Below the pieces are notes generated by a model. It was not told where the DNA came from and searched no databases. It saw only the letters and a program-made list of their open reading frames with translations. From NCBI GenBank assembly GCA_051294375.1, contig CM119264.1, forward strand, positions 29,579,182-29,643,181: a DNA stretch of 64,000 bases, read 5' to 3'. The position numbers and the translations under genes are program-made. The stretch is from Paraspadella gotoi (taxonomy: Eukaryota; Animalia; Chaetognatha). Shown piece by piece: positions 26,908 through 39,829 of the stretch; within the stretch, counting starts at the first letter, position 1; each line of letters starts with the position of its first letter.

Positions 26908-28474
26908 CCGTGAAGTAGAGAATGACCATAATGAGGGTAATGACGATCGTAGCGATGACAGCGGCGATCGAAAGCTTCTTTGCCAATTGACCTGAGATAG
27001 AGAAACAGACGGTGAGATCGAATCATCTGCTGCTTCATCTGTAGTTATTTTGTTGTGTGTTCCAATGACCATTTCATGACCACTTTTTTATTCTTTCATG
27101 GTTCCATCCGAAGGTGAAACGGTGCGCCGGTTAACCTATCAGTAACAATCCTACCACAGGATGCGAAATTATGGAATTAAAGACGCAAATGGCGGTAAGA
27201 AAAAATAGAGCAGCCACGTTGAGTGTCAGACAAGGCTGGCGATTCTTTCTCTCTTTAAACTCAACTTAAGAAAACTTTCTATTCGTTTAGATCAATGGGC
27301 ATTGTTTAATAGATTTACGCATTTTCCATAATATCAAGATAGTTAATTCAACATTATTCAATGTTCAATATTCAAATCTTAGTTTTAAACCTTCAACCTT
27401 CAGGACCACCCAGATACTAAGTCACCTTTTTCTCTGGCTTCATCCATCCGATTGGCGTTGGCCGCCTCACGCGATTGCCACGAGCAGATCAGAGCGATGC
27501 ATCCTGTCGAGAGAAAATAAAAGGATCAATGCCTAACAAGTGAACAACGAATTGGGAGCTGAATTTCATATATTATGCAATATACATTAATTTGTAGATT
27601 TAGATTGCGCCGTCATAAAAGCAACTGTTAATAATTAATTCATACATTCATATATGCAATTCGTAAATTTTAGAGGTTTTTTACTTTCATTTTGTGAAAC
27701 AAATTTTTCTAGAATATTCGATCTGGAGTGAATAATAAAATAGTAGTTTTTACATCGATGGTTTTATTGAATGAATAAATTATTCAATTAGTTAATAAAT
27801 TAATAAGATTAAAAAAATTAAATTACTAAAATATAATTCACATAAAATCAATTAGTTAAAAAATCGTAGCAGGATATTATAATATATAATAAGATTAATA
27901 CATATGTAATAAAATATATTACGAAAATTGCAGAATTACTTGTTTCACTATTTCATAATATTAATTTTTAAAGTTTTACTATTTAATTTATATAATTTAT
28001 TATATATTTTTTTTTAAATATTTTTTATTTTTCATATCTATTTTTTATTTTAATTATATTATATTAATATTTTTCCATTTTTATAAATATTCACCCAAAC
28101 AGAAGGCGTCGCAACACAAACAGGCAATGATGGAGAAGACGAGGTTATCGTCTGGCCTCTGCTGCGGCTGCTGCTGAACCACGACCGTCTGCGGCTGCTG
28201 AGCGTAAACCACGCCTGAAGTCAAGTCTTCCAGTTATTTGTGGTTTTTTTTTGTTTTTTTTTTATAATTGAATAAAAAAAATTAAATAGAATGGAATTTG
28301 ATAGAACTGACATCGACGAGAAATTGGAAAATCAGGTTTTGTTTTTTTTTTTTTTTTTTTTTTTGTAAATCGAAAGAGAAAAAGAAAATCTTTGTTATGC
28401 GAAAGAAGATTAACTTGAAAACGAGATAACGTGTTTCGAAGGAATAATATTGGTGCGGATCGAATATATAGAAA

Positions 28475-28512
<38 letters not shown>

Positions 28513-28902
28513 AAAGAAAGGTTTATTTGATAAATGATAAATCAACTAGACTTAATCTTGGTCCAATTTTATAACATAAAATCCGAATTCTTAGGGAAAA
28601 TTAATTTCCCTTTTATTTATTGCCGTCTCGGTTTCTCACTCTTTAAATTTAAAGGAAGACAATTAGCATTAGACATTAGTAACGACATTATTTATTGCAA
28701 TTTTTTTTATTAAACATTTTATTTATCTATTTATTTATTTATCTATATATATTTATTTATGTATTTGATAATTTTATTAAAATATTTAATATTATATAGC
28801 ACCTGATGGATGAACAGGTGGATACATCTGCTGTTGAGGCGGATATCCCTGGTTGTATCCAGGTGGAGGCGGGTTTGTGTTCGGGTCTCCTTTGTAATCC
28901 AT
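26908..28902 (-). CDS. CD225/dispanin (IFITM/PRRT1-like) membrane protein, paralogue 2; exons 28902-28803, 28214-28095, 27503-27426, 26991-26908; terminal exon not identified
   Basis: Spliced product MDYKGDPNTNPPPPGYNQGYPPQQQMYPPVHPSGVVYAQQPQTVVVQQQPQQRPDDNLVFSIIACLCCDAFCLGCIALICSWQSREAANANRMDEAREKGQLAKKLSIAAVIATIVITLIMVILYFT. All introns are GT-AG phase 1; internal exons are 120/78/84 nt, as in paralogue 1. Confidence 0.92.
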
Positions 28903-29073
28903 GATTTTTATTTGTAGTAGTGTTTTTTTTAATTTGTAGTAATGTATAGCTAAGAAAAAATTGCTTCTTTTTATCGAAAAGTGTAGAAAAAAATTTGTCG
29001 CAAAACGAAGAGAGAAAGAGCGAGAGAGTGGGAGGGTCAACCTGCGCGCGCACACTGCGTCACACTTTTGGAG

Positions 29074-29190
<117 letters not shown>

Positions 29191-29940
29191 AAAGACTGAG
29201 AGAGATAGGCTAAGATAACACACGATAGTAATTTACTAAAATCAAATTTTGAATACAAAATTTTATAGACGAAAAAACTAATTGTTTTTATTTGTGAAAC
29301 TTTTTAAATTAATGAGAAAATGTTAACAGAAAACAGAGTTTTTTAAGTTGAGTCACGTTTATTGTTTCTCGTTTTCTTCTCGTTTTCTTTCTGTTTTTTT
29401 TTTACTTGAAATGGAGGTGGAGTTTTGGTCGCGCAATTTTTTTGTGTGGAAATTTGGGGCAAGGTTGAGATCGAGAACGAGGCTCGGCACAGTGATCGAT
29501 TCGAATCCATTTGATGGATTTAATGTCGAAATTCGATTATCGGAAATGGAACAATGTCGATTGCTCATTAAAGACAATTTGCAGGGCAATTAACTGAACT
29601 GATGAAACTACAGTAAATTTCCGAAAAGATTAATTATCTTTAGATAAGAATTTCATTATTATACAGAATTATTTATGATATTGATATCTACACTGTACAC
29701 TGTACACTGTAGATTCTACAGTGATGTTCTTGATCTCATTCGTGGTTTTTTTTACTGAATGTTGACTATTTTTACATCAGTTATTGGTTACTTTTCTTTA
29801 CTTTTCTTTTCTTTTCTTTGCCAGGCAAGTTGCGAGTCGAGTGAATCTTATAAAAGTAAACAGAAAGAGAAGTGAGGTTTTTCACTGTGAACACGAAAGG
29901 ATTTTACGCTGCAACGGTCCGTCTTATGTCAAAAAAACCG

Positions 29941-30034
<94 letters not shown>

Positions 30035-30270
30035 AACAATAGCCCACTGTTAGATATTAATAGGCTATTTTTAAAAGGAATTACTATTTTTATATTCTTT
30101 TGTTTTATGGACGTTTATTGTGTTATATTGTCATCGCAATGGTTTTTTTTTGGAGTCGCTATTATCTGAAAGAAGTCATAAGATGCTTGAAAATCGATTT
30201 GAGAGAAATCGAATGCGCTTTTCCATCACCGTTTGGAAGAGTAAGACAGACCCAACAGCGAGACAGAGAG

Positions 30271-30346
<76 letters not shown>

Positions 30347-31649
30347 TGAAATTTTTCATAACCCAAATTTTATATCACTTTTTTTTCTCTTTCTCTCTCT
30401 CTCTCTCTGTCTCTCTCTCTAACTCTCTCTCTCTCTCTCTCTATCCCTCTTTCTCTCTCTCTCTCTCTTTTTCTCTCTCTCTTCCCATTTTAACAGCCTT
30501 GTTTCGTGCTAGGGTCTTGCATCTCACCCCGTTTGACTTTGTCGGGAAAAAACTGAAAAATACATAAAAATGATTGACGGAGTAACTGAGTTAATGAAAT
30601 AAAATAACCAATCATAACCAATCACAACGATTGAATCGAAGAAACCCATCAAAAAAATGAAACAAAGGAACCAATCAAAAATATTAAAGCGAAGAATGAT
30701 TAATAAAAAAAATGAATCAAAACCCTGTAAACAGAGAAACAATTCGCAATCATAAAGATAAAAGAAAGAACGAAACAAAGAAAGAAAGCAATCAAAATAA
30801 ATAAAACCATAAAACCGAAAACCCAATCAAAACTGTAAAAAAACAGAGAAACCAATCAAAATGTTGAAAATAAAAACAAAGATGAAAACGACGAAGAGGA
30901 AGAATAAGAAATAGGATGATGTTTGGCGAAGCAGAACTTCCCTTCAGGGCCTCTTTTGCCTTTGCCTTTAGTTCTGCTTTACTTTTCTTTTTCTCAATTT
31001 GATTTTTTTCTATAGAATCGAACTTGAAGTTTAACGCTTCGATTATCATTTTTTTTTATAATTTTCATTTTCTTTTTAACTTTCGAGAAAGACAAAAACA
31101 GTTTATATTTTTATATTTACTTCCTCCTCTCCAAAAAATATATGAGGGCAGGATTTCGCAATTGACCAGTAATGACATAGCGACATAGCAATTTTATGTA
31201 TGATTGACTTATAGGTTAGAGATATACAGATATACACTATATAACACCCATAGGCTTCAAATTAGTATTTGAGAAGAATACTGTTAAAAACACATTTAAT
31301 CATCTTAGCCACGCTATTCTGTATTTTGTCTATACAATTTTTTTAAATTTTGAACCTAATTTTTTTTTTTAAATTCACATCCGTGAGGTGAACCAAAAGA
31401 AAACAACGTGATATCTCACACGATTTTTAAGACTTTTTTTGTGAGTGACCTCGCGGTCTTTCGGATGTTTTTCCTTCGCGGAAAAGGAAACCAAAAAAAA
31501 TTTCGACGAGTTTTTCACGAGAATTTGTAAATCAACGAAGTTTCGAATAAAACGACGATGATGATGATGACAACGACGACGATAATAATGACGACGACGA
31601 CGAGGATTATTTATTTTGCTTCTCCTCTGTTTCCGTCGATGTAAGCGTA

Positions 31650-31680
<31 letters not shown>

Positions 31681-31954
31681 CGAAAACGACGACTGCTATC
31701 CCTAACAGTCGAAGTTCTTGAGATACGAAGACCGACCGACCGAGCGAAAAGCACGATCCTTTGTTTGATTAAATCCCGACGAAAACTGATTTAATGAGAT
31801 ATATGAGATATAATTAATTTTCAAACATTTTCGATGGACTTCTAAATCATATTTGTAAGTCATTGAAAAATAGGACAAATAACAAAACTGCAGCTTTAAT
31901 CTGGATTCTTATGATGTTTCTGTCTCTGATAATCGTTGACGGGAAACTTAGGAT

Positions 31955-32322
31955 TTCAGACTGGGGACTGGAGATTGAAGACTTGAGACTGGGGACTACA
32001 GACTTGAGACTAGGGACTCAGGATTGAATATAAGAGACTAGGGACTGGGGATTGAAGACTTGAGACTAGGGACTAGAGACAAGGGACTAGAGACTGTGGG
32101 TGAAGAATTAGAGACTAGATACTGCGGACTAATTACTAGGGAATGAGGATTTAGTATAAGAGACTAGGGACTGGGGATTGAAGACTTGAGAGTAAGGACT
32201 AGAGACTAGAGACAAGGGACTGAGGATTGAGTATAAGAGACTAGAGACTGTGGGTGAAGAATTAGAGACTAGATACTGGGGACTAATTACTAGGGACTGA
32301 GGATTGAGTACAACAGACTAGA
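31955..32322. repeat. Degenerate GACTAG(G/A)G heptamer-based repeat
   Basis: Repeated GAGACTA/GGGACTA units with a higher-order duplication (32080-32160 vs 32240-32320). Confidence 0.8.
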
Positions 32323-33081
32323 GGCTCAAATCTTAAGTCAGGAGACTCCAGACTTGAGAGATTGGCTCAAATCCTTAAGATTGGCATCAAATCTTAAGAT
32401 TGGCTCAAATCTTAAGTCAGGAGACCTCCAGACTTGAGAGATTGGCTCAAATCTTAAGATTGGCTCAAATCTTAAGTCAGGAGACTCCAGACTTGAGAGA
32501 TTGCTCAAATCTTAAGATTGGCTCAAATCTTAAGTCAGGAGACTCCAGACTTGAGAGATTGGGCTCAAATCTAAGATTGGCTCAAATCTTAAGTCAGGAG
32601 ACTCCAGACTTGAGAGATTGGCTCAAAATCTTAAGATTGGCTCAAATCTAAGATTGGCTCAAATCTTAAGTCAGGAGACTCCAGACTTGAGAGATTGGCT
32701 CAAATCTTAGATTGGCTCAAATCTTAAGATTGGCTCAAATCTTAAGTCAGGAGACTCCAGACTTGAGAGATTGGCTCAAATCTTAAGATTGGCTCAAATC
32801 TTAAGATTGGCTCAAATCTTAAGATTGGCTCAAATCTTAAGTCAGGAGACTCCAGACTTGAGAGATTGGCTCAAATCTTAAGATTGGCTCAAATTTAAGA
32901 TTGGCTCAATCTTAAGTCAGGAGACTCCAGACTTGAGAGATTGGCTCAAATCTTAAGATTGGCTCAAATCTTAAGATTGGCTCAAATCTTAAGTCAGGAG
33001 ACTCCAGACTTGAGAGATTGGCTCAAATCTTAAGATTGGCTCAAATCTTAAGTCAGGAGACTCCAGATCTTGAGAGATTGG
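32323..33081. repeat. Two-monomer minisatellite: 18-mer ATTGGCTCAAATCTTAAG and 23-mer TCAGGAGACTCCAGACTTGAGAG
   Basis: 11 copies of the 23-mer separated by 2-4 copies of the 18-mer. Confidence 0.95.
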
Positions 33082-33354
33082 TGAGTTGCAAACTCGCGAA
33101 GAGAAACTAATCAATGTTTGGCGGATCGAATAACTTTCATCCCCTTAAGGATTAACGGGTTCAGAGCTGAGAAACAGGGAAGAAACAAAAAGTGAATGAG
33201 GAGAAGGGATGGAAGGTGGCAGACTGGCGGAGGGAGTGGCGAATGGAAGGTGGTAAGACAAAGCGAATGAATGGCAAAATATCTCTGATCTTCGGATACT
33301 GAGAAGCGACAGCAATTTTTAAATTGGCAATGGGGAAAAATCTGAAAATACATA

Positions 33355-35903
33355 AACGATGAAAGCTAAGAAAATGATTTTTGAAGACGCTCAAAATATT
33401 TTATTTCGTCTTTGGCATTTTGTATATATTCATTAAACGGATCATAGTTTTTGCGTGGATTTTAATGTAAATTCCATTAATTATGATGTGAACGGCGGTT
33501 AAAAAAAAAGAAATAATAAAGAAGAAAAAAGTTTGAGCAAACATGCCGAATCTGCCCACGGTCATTACGGTACAGCAGCTGATATATATATTTAATTAAT
33601 TTATTAATTCATTTATTAAATAATTAATTAATAAATGAATTAATTTATTAATCATTTATTAAATAAATCTAAATTAAATATATCAATTTTTTTTATTTGC
33701 TTAAAATCGTTTTCCAAATTGTCTCGCCTCTCAATCACAAAACAACTCGGTCACAAAATTAATTAATAAATTAATTAATTACCAAATAATGAATTAATTA
33801 CTAATTTATTAATAATTACATAATGCAGCTTGAATTTATATTTAATATCAAAAGAAAAAAAACATAATCATTAATCAATTAGTGAAAATGATTTTTTTTG
33901 TTTTTTCCATTTTAACTCATTTCCACTTGGACGATTCCATCAAAACTACCTGCTCAATCACACATTTTCCTACCCACATCCAAAATTTCATGTCAATCGC
34001 CCCATCCACTCATGAGTAATTGGCGTTCAAAGCTAACAGAGGACGAACGGACAGACAGACAGACAGACAGACGGACGGACATAAATTGCATAATTTATCA
34101 TAATTTGATATTCTGAGATGATGTAGGTGACTTACCGACAAGATTTAGCGGTGGGACTGACGTACCGAAAAGTGAATTAAAGAGCCGGAATCTGCAGTAA
34201 GCATATCCGGCAAAAAAAGCAGCTGCTCACTCAGTCTCTGTTTATCAGTCGAATCTCGAGCGAAGTACTATGCGAAAAAAAAGGGTCCTGCTATGTTATT
34301 ATCTTGTAAACGAGACTGTGAGAGAGTCTTGATTAAAAGCTTACAGGGTCCTGCTTTATTATTATCTTGTAAGTGTAATGGAGGCCTTAAGCCATCATAG
34401 CCTGTCCAAAGTCATGGGCAAGGGGGAATGGGTAAAATAGAATGGATAATGTAGCATGGATAATGGAATGATGCGCTGAGAAGGAGAAAAAGGAGAGAGA
34501 ATTTAAAACGATGAAAGCTAAGAAAATGCTTTTTGGAAGACGCATCAGCAAATATTTTCATTCGTTTAGCATTTTGTATAATATTCATTAAACAGGAACA
34601 TGAGTTTTTGCGCTGGATTTTAGCTAGTAAATTCCATTAATTATGAATGTGAACGGCGGTAAAGATTAAAACTAATAAAGATAAGAAAATAAGTTTGAGC
34701 AAACATATGCCGAATCTGCCGACGCGTCATTAGCGTACGCAGCTGATCCATATATGTTAATTAATTTATTAATTCATTTATTTAAGTTAATAATAATATA
34801 ATTTATTAATCATTTTATATTCAATTTTTTTATTTGCTTAAAAATCGTTTTCCAAATTGTCTCGCCTCTCAACCACAAAACAACTCGGTCACAAAATTAA
34901 ATTAAATAAATTAATTAATTCCAAATAATGAATTATTTTACTAATTTATTTAATAATTACATAATGCACGCTTGAATTTATATTTAACTATCAAAAAGAA
35001 AAAAAAAGATAATCATTAATCAATTAAGCTGAAATGATTTTTTGTTGTTTTCCATTTTAACTCCATTTCTCACTTGGACGATTCCATCAAAACTACTGCT
35101 CAATCACACTTTTCTACCCACATCCAAAATTTCAGTGCAATCGGCCCCATCCACTCATGAGTAATTGGCGTTCAAAGCTAACGAAGGAACGAACGGACAG
35201 ACAGACAGACAGTACAGGACGGCGACATAATTGCATTAATTTATCATAATTGATCATTCTGAGATTGATGTAGGGACTTACCGAACAAGATTTTAGGCGG
35301 TGGGACTATGACGTACCGAAAAGTGAATTAAGAGCGAAATCTGCCAGTAAGCATTCCTCCAAAACAAAAGCAGCTGCTCACTCAGTCTCTGTTTATCAGT
35401 CGAATCTCAGCGAAGTACTATGGCGAAAAAAAAGGGTCCTGCTATGTATGTTTATATCTTGTAAACGAGACTGTAGAGAGAGTCTTGATTAAAAGCTTTA
35501 CAGGGTCCTGCTTTATTATTGATTCTTGTATAAGTTTAATGGAGGCCTTAAGCCATCATAGGCCTGCTCCAAAGTCATGCAAGGGGGAATGCGCTAAAAA
35601 TAGAATGGATAATGTAGCATGGATAAATGCGAATGATGCCGCTGAGAAGGAGAGTGAGTTGAAGAGAGAGAGAGAGAGAAGAGAGAGAGACGGAGAGAGA
35701 GAGAGAGGAGAAGAGAGAGAAGAGGAAAGAGGGAGAGAGCAGAGAGAGTCGATGTCAGGAAGGTGAAGCAATTCAATTTTAGAGAAAAAAAGGATCTTTC
35801 CTTTTTCACTACNNNNNNNNNNNNNNNNNNNNNNNNNTTCTTATTTTAGCTCAGAAGAAAAAGGTGAAGTTCAGGAAAAGAATAAAGAAAAAAGAGACAG
35901 GGA

Positions 35904-35943
<40 letters not shown>

Positions 35944-36054
35944 AAAAGAGAAAGAAAGAAAAAGAGAAAGAAAATATACAGAAGGAAAAGCATTAAAATT
36001 TCAGAGAGGAAAATTAGAAAAAAAAGACAAAGCTGTCAAGTAGAATATTAAGAT

Positions 36055-36092
<38 letters not shown>

Positions 36093-37250
36093 AAAGGAGA
36101 GAGAATTTAAAACGATGAAAGCTAAGAAAATGCTTTTTGGAAGACGCATCAGCAAATATTTTATTCGTCTTAGCATTTTGTATAATATTCATTAAACGGA
36201 AGCATAGTTTGCGTGGATTTTCTATGTAAATTCCATTAATTATGATGTGAACGGCGGGTTAAAAGAAAATTAGAAATTAACTAAAAATAAGAAATAAGTT
36301 TGAGCAAACATGCCGAATCTGCCCACGGTCATTAGCGGTACGCAGCTGATCATATATTTAATTAATTTATTAATTATTATTAATAATTAATTAATAATGA
36401 ATTAATTTATTAATCATTTATTAAATAATTATATCAATTTTTTTTATTTGCTTAAAATCGTTTTCAAATTGTCTCGCCTCTCAATCACAAAACAACTCGG
36501 GTCACAAATTAATTAATAAATTAATTATCCAAATAATGAATTATTTACTAATTTATTAATAATTACATAATGCAGCTTGAATTTATATTTAATATCAAAA
36601 GAAAAAAAGATAATCATTAATCAATTAGTGAAATGATTTTTTGTTTTTTCCATTTTAACTCATTTCACTTGGACGATTCCATCAAAACTACTGCTCAATA
36701 CACTTTTCTACCCACATCCAAAATTTCAGTCAATCGCCCCATCCACTCATGAGTTATTGGCGTTCAAAGCTAACGGAGGACGAACGGACAGACAGGACAG
36801 CAGACGGACGGGCCATAATTGCATAATTTATCATAATTTGATCATTCTGAGATGATGTAGGTGACTTACCGACAAGATTTAGGCGGTGGGACTGATGACG
36901 TACGAAAAGTGAATTAAGACGTCCGAAATCTGCAGTAAGCATATCCGGCAAAAAAAGCAGCTGCTCACTCAGTCTCTGTTTATCAGTCGAATCCGAGCGA
37001 AGTACTATGCGAAAAAAAGGGTCCTGCTATGCAGCTATGTTTATATCTTGTAAACGAGACCGAGAGAGAGTCTTGATTAAAAGCTTACAGGGTCCTGCTT
37101 TATTATTATCTTGTAAGTATAATGGAGGCCTTAAAGCCATCATAGCCTGTCCAAAGTCATGGGCAAGGGGATGGCTAAAATAGAATGGATAATGTTAGCA
37201 TGGATAAATGGAATGATGCGCTGAGAAGGAGGAAGTGAGTGAGGAGAGAG

Positions 37251-37314
<64 letters not shown>

Positions 37315-37700
37315 AAGAGAGAGAGAGAGAAAGAGAGAGTCGCATGTCAGGAAAGTGAAGCAATTCAATTTTAGAAAAAAAGGATCTTTCGCTTTTTCAC
37401 TATTCTTATTTAGCTCAGAAGGAAAAAGGTGGAAGTTCAGAAAGAATAAAGAAAAGAAGAAAAAAGAAGAAAGAAAGAGAAAGAAAGAAAGAAAGAAAGA
37501 AAGAAGAAAGATAAGAAAGAAAAGAAGAGATAAGAAGAGAAAAAGAAGAAAGAAAATATACCAGAACGGAAAGAGCATTAAAATTTCAAGAAGAATTTAG
37601 AAAAAAAAGAGCAAAGCTGTCAAGTAAGAAATTAAGATTCCTTCTTTTGCTCTCTCGTCTACGTCTCTACTCTCTCTCTCTCTCTCTCTCTCTTCTCTAA
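33355..37700. repeat. Three tandem copies of a ~1.2-1.6 kb unit (starts ~33355, ~34505, ~36110); possibly an assembly artefact
   Basis: Each unit begins AAACGATGAAAGCTAAGAAAATG; copies differ mostly by 1-bp indels. Confidence 0.85.
33529..34218 (-). mobile_element. Family A HINE-like element in reverse orientation (further copies ~34691-35368 and ~36296-36957)
   Basis: AAGTTTGAGCAAACATGCCGAATCTGCCCACG is the reverse-complemented 3' end; (GACA/GACG)n block; GCCGGAATCTGC...GCATATCCGGC hairpin followed by an A-run. Confidence 0.7.
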
Positions 37701-37874
37701 CCGGCACGTCGATGGCTAATTGAATAAAAAGGCAACGAGCGTCGCGAAAGTTTAACTTTATTGCTCGTCCGCTTCGCCCTTCTCCCTCATCTCTCTCATC
37801 TCTTTCTCTCTCTCTCTCTCCTCTCTCTGCTCTTCCTCTCGTCTCTACTNNNNNNNNNNNNNNNNNNNNNNNNN

Positions 37875-37911
<37 letters not shown>

Positions 37912-38939
37912 GATGACCATTAAATTTTATCCAGTCGGCAGGGTAGGAGTTTAAGGAGCCGATGTAAACAAACGATCGATATTAACGTGAAAATCATAAT
38001 ATCTTTCTCAAAAATATTAAAAATATAATATTTATATTGGTTGTACCAATTTCATAGGAGAGAACTCCAAACAAAAGACAGCGTTCCCAATGCTTTCCGG
38101 TTAAAAATGTAAGTCGATTACTCAAACACTGACTTCACAAATTAGCCGCGTGCCCCTTCGGTTTCAAGATAATTTGAATCCCGCTGAGCCAAGCTATTTC
38201 TCAAGCTTTTATGTTTTCCGTTTTTCCGCATTCTTCAATTCAACCCAGCAATGTCACAAGCTATCATACATTCCATTTTAACGCTATCTTCTATTTCCTC
38301 TTTGTAGAATTCTTTTAATTCGCCAAGCAATGTGTCAAGCTTTAATGCTTTTTACTGCATTCTTCCAAATTCCCTAGCAATGCCAAGGTTCTTTGCTGGT
38401 TTGTATTCAACGTGTTTATTTCAGCAAACAGCCAAGAAGCCAAGCAGCTTCAGCAGTCGTTTCTATCTTCAGCTTAACCCTGTCTCAGCGACTCGGTCTC
38501 ACATCTCAATATGTCTCCGTGACATGCTCTTAAAAAATATCCCTAGCTTTTTATACTCGTATCATTTTTTCATCAATGCTTGGAAAAAAAAAGAATTTGG
38601 TGGTGGAGATAAAAACTGAGAAAATTGGCCCCGTCACTCGACAGCAGAGTTGCCTGGAATGCCCAGCTGAGTAGGGCATCTCACCTTACGGTGTTAGAGG
38701 CTTCAGATTCCCATTGTCAAGTACCAGCTACCAGTAGGATTGGCCGAAGTAATTTAGAATTGAGGCAGAATGAATATTTCGCTCTCCCAGTTTCTCTTTT
38801 CTCAAATTCCCTCAACAAATGGAATTCGACTCAAAATATCGATCTTTATTTAGGCTCTCTTTTCCTGTTCGTTCGTTTATCACTAGATTTTAACTTTACT
38901 TAACTTATTTATTTATTACGTAAATGTTTTTAAACTTAC

Positions 38940-39052
38940 AACCTAATCCCTAACCCTAACCACTAACTTTAAATCTTAATCCCTAACACTAATTACTAAC
39001 CATAATCACTAACATAATTCCTCATGTTAATTACTATCCCTAACCTCTAACC
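38940..39052. repeat. Degenerate (CCCTAA)n telomere-like tract (copy at ~59165-59278)
   Basis: CCTAATCCCTAACCCTAACCACTAAC... Confidence 0.55.
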
Positions 39053-39164
39053 GAGTCTTTAATTTAAAATAATGAATTTAATATGGAATGGGGCATTTTT
39101 GGAAAATAAGGCATTGAAGAGACAGTTATTATTGATATGTGTTAATGACAGAACCGTTCAATGT

Positions 39165-39316
39165 AAGCAGTCCCTGAGCTTCGGATCAGGCTGTAACAAC
39201 GAGTTACAGGCTGGTTAAGCGTCCCGTCCCTCTTAACTGCTAGGCGGCCACCAGGCTAGAACCCTGGACCTTTGAGACGGGAGGCGAATGACTTGCCTCC
39301 GGCACCAATGGCCGCT
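39165..39316 (-). mobile_element. tRNA-derived SINE (noisy duplicate at ~59388-59527)
   Basis: The minus strand reads GGCCATTGGTGCCGGAGG (A-box-like)...GGGTTCTAGCC (B-box-like), then the same tail as 21385-21527. Confidence 0.75.
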
Positions 39317-39829
39317 GATGAACGGATGGTGGATTTTAGTCCACCATAGCTTTTTCTTTAAATACGGAATGTCGAATCCAACTGAGCAAAACTGATAAGC
39401 TCGACTCGATCCTCTGTTGACTAAAGCTCGTTAAAAATAACTAACAGACTTTCACTCTCATCCTCTCTCTGCTCTCTCTCTCATCTCTCTCTCTCAATCT
39501 CTCTCTCATCTCTCATCTCATCCTCTTTCCTCTCTCTCTCTCTCTCTTCCCGCGCTCTCTCTCTCTCTCAATTGATCGGTTCCAGAAGTGTCTTCTCAAG
39601 CTAATCAACTCTACACCTTTTTTTGATTTACGTTAGATTTTTTCACTTAAAACTCGACATTCGCACGCAGAATTCGCGCGCGAGATTCGCACGCAGGATT
39701 CGCACGTGGGTTCACACTTCCCCTCACGCCTTCGCGTAATTAACTTTCACTCAATTATTCCATTCACATTCGTCTTTCTCGATGATTTCATCGACATTCA
39801 TCTCACTTTTCTGAATGAAATGGAGGGAA

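Noticed and set aside
32323-33081. CRISPR-like appearance of the palindromic repeat array
   Set aside because: The intervening units are identical rather than unique spacers, there are no cas genes, and the context is eukaryotic.
38050-38800. Possible coding or transposon relic on the minus strand (LDTLLGELKEFYKEEIEDSVKMECM...)
   Set aside because: Frames are broken differently in the two copies and no domain is recognisable; it needs polished sequence.
38940-39052. True telomere or chromosome-fusion scar
   Set aside because: Short, highly degenerate and in a single orientation.
39165-39316. Possible tRNA gene
   Set aside because: A/B-box-like motifs are present but I could not fold a convincing cloverleaf, and a shared non-tRNA tail occurs in dispersed copies, so it is called a SINE.
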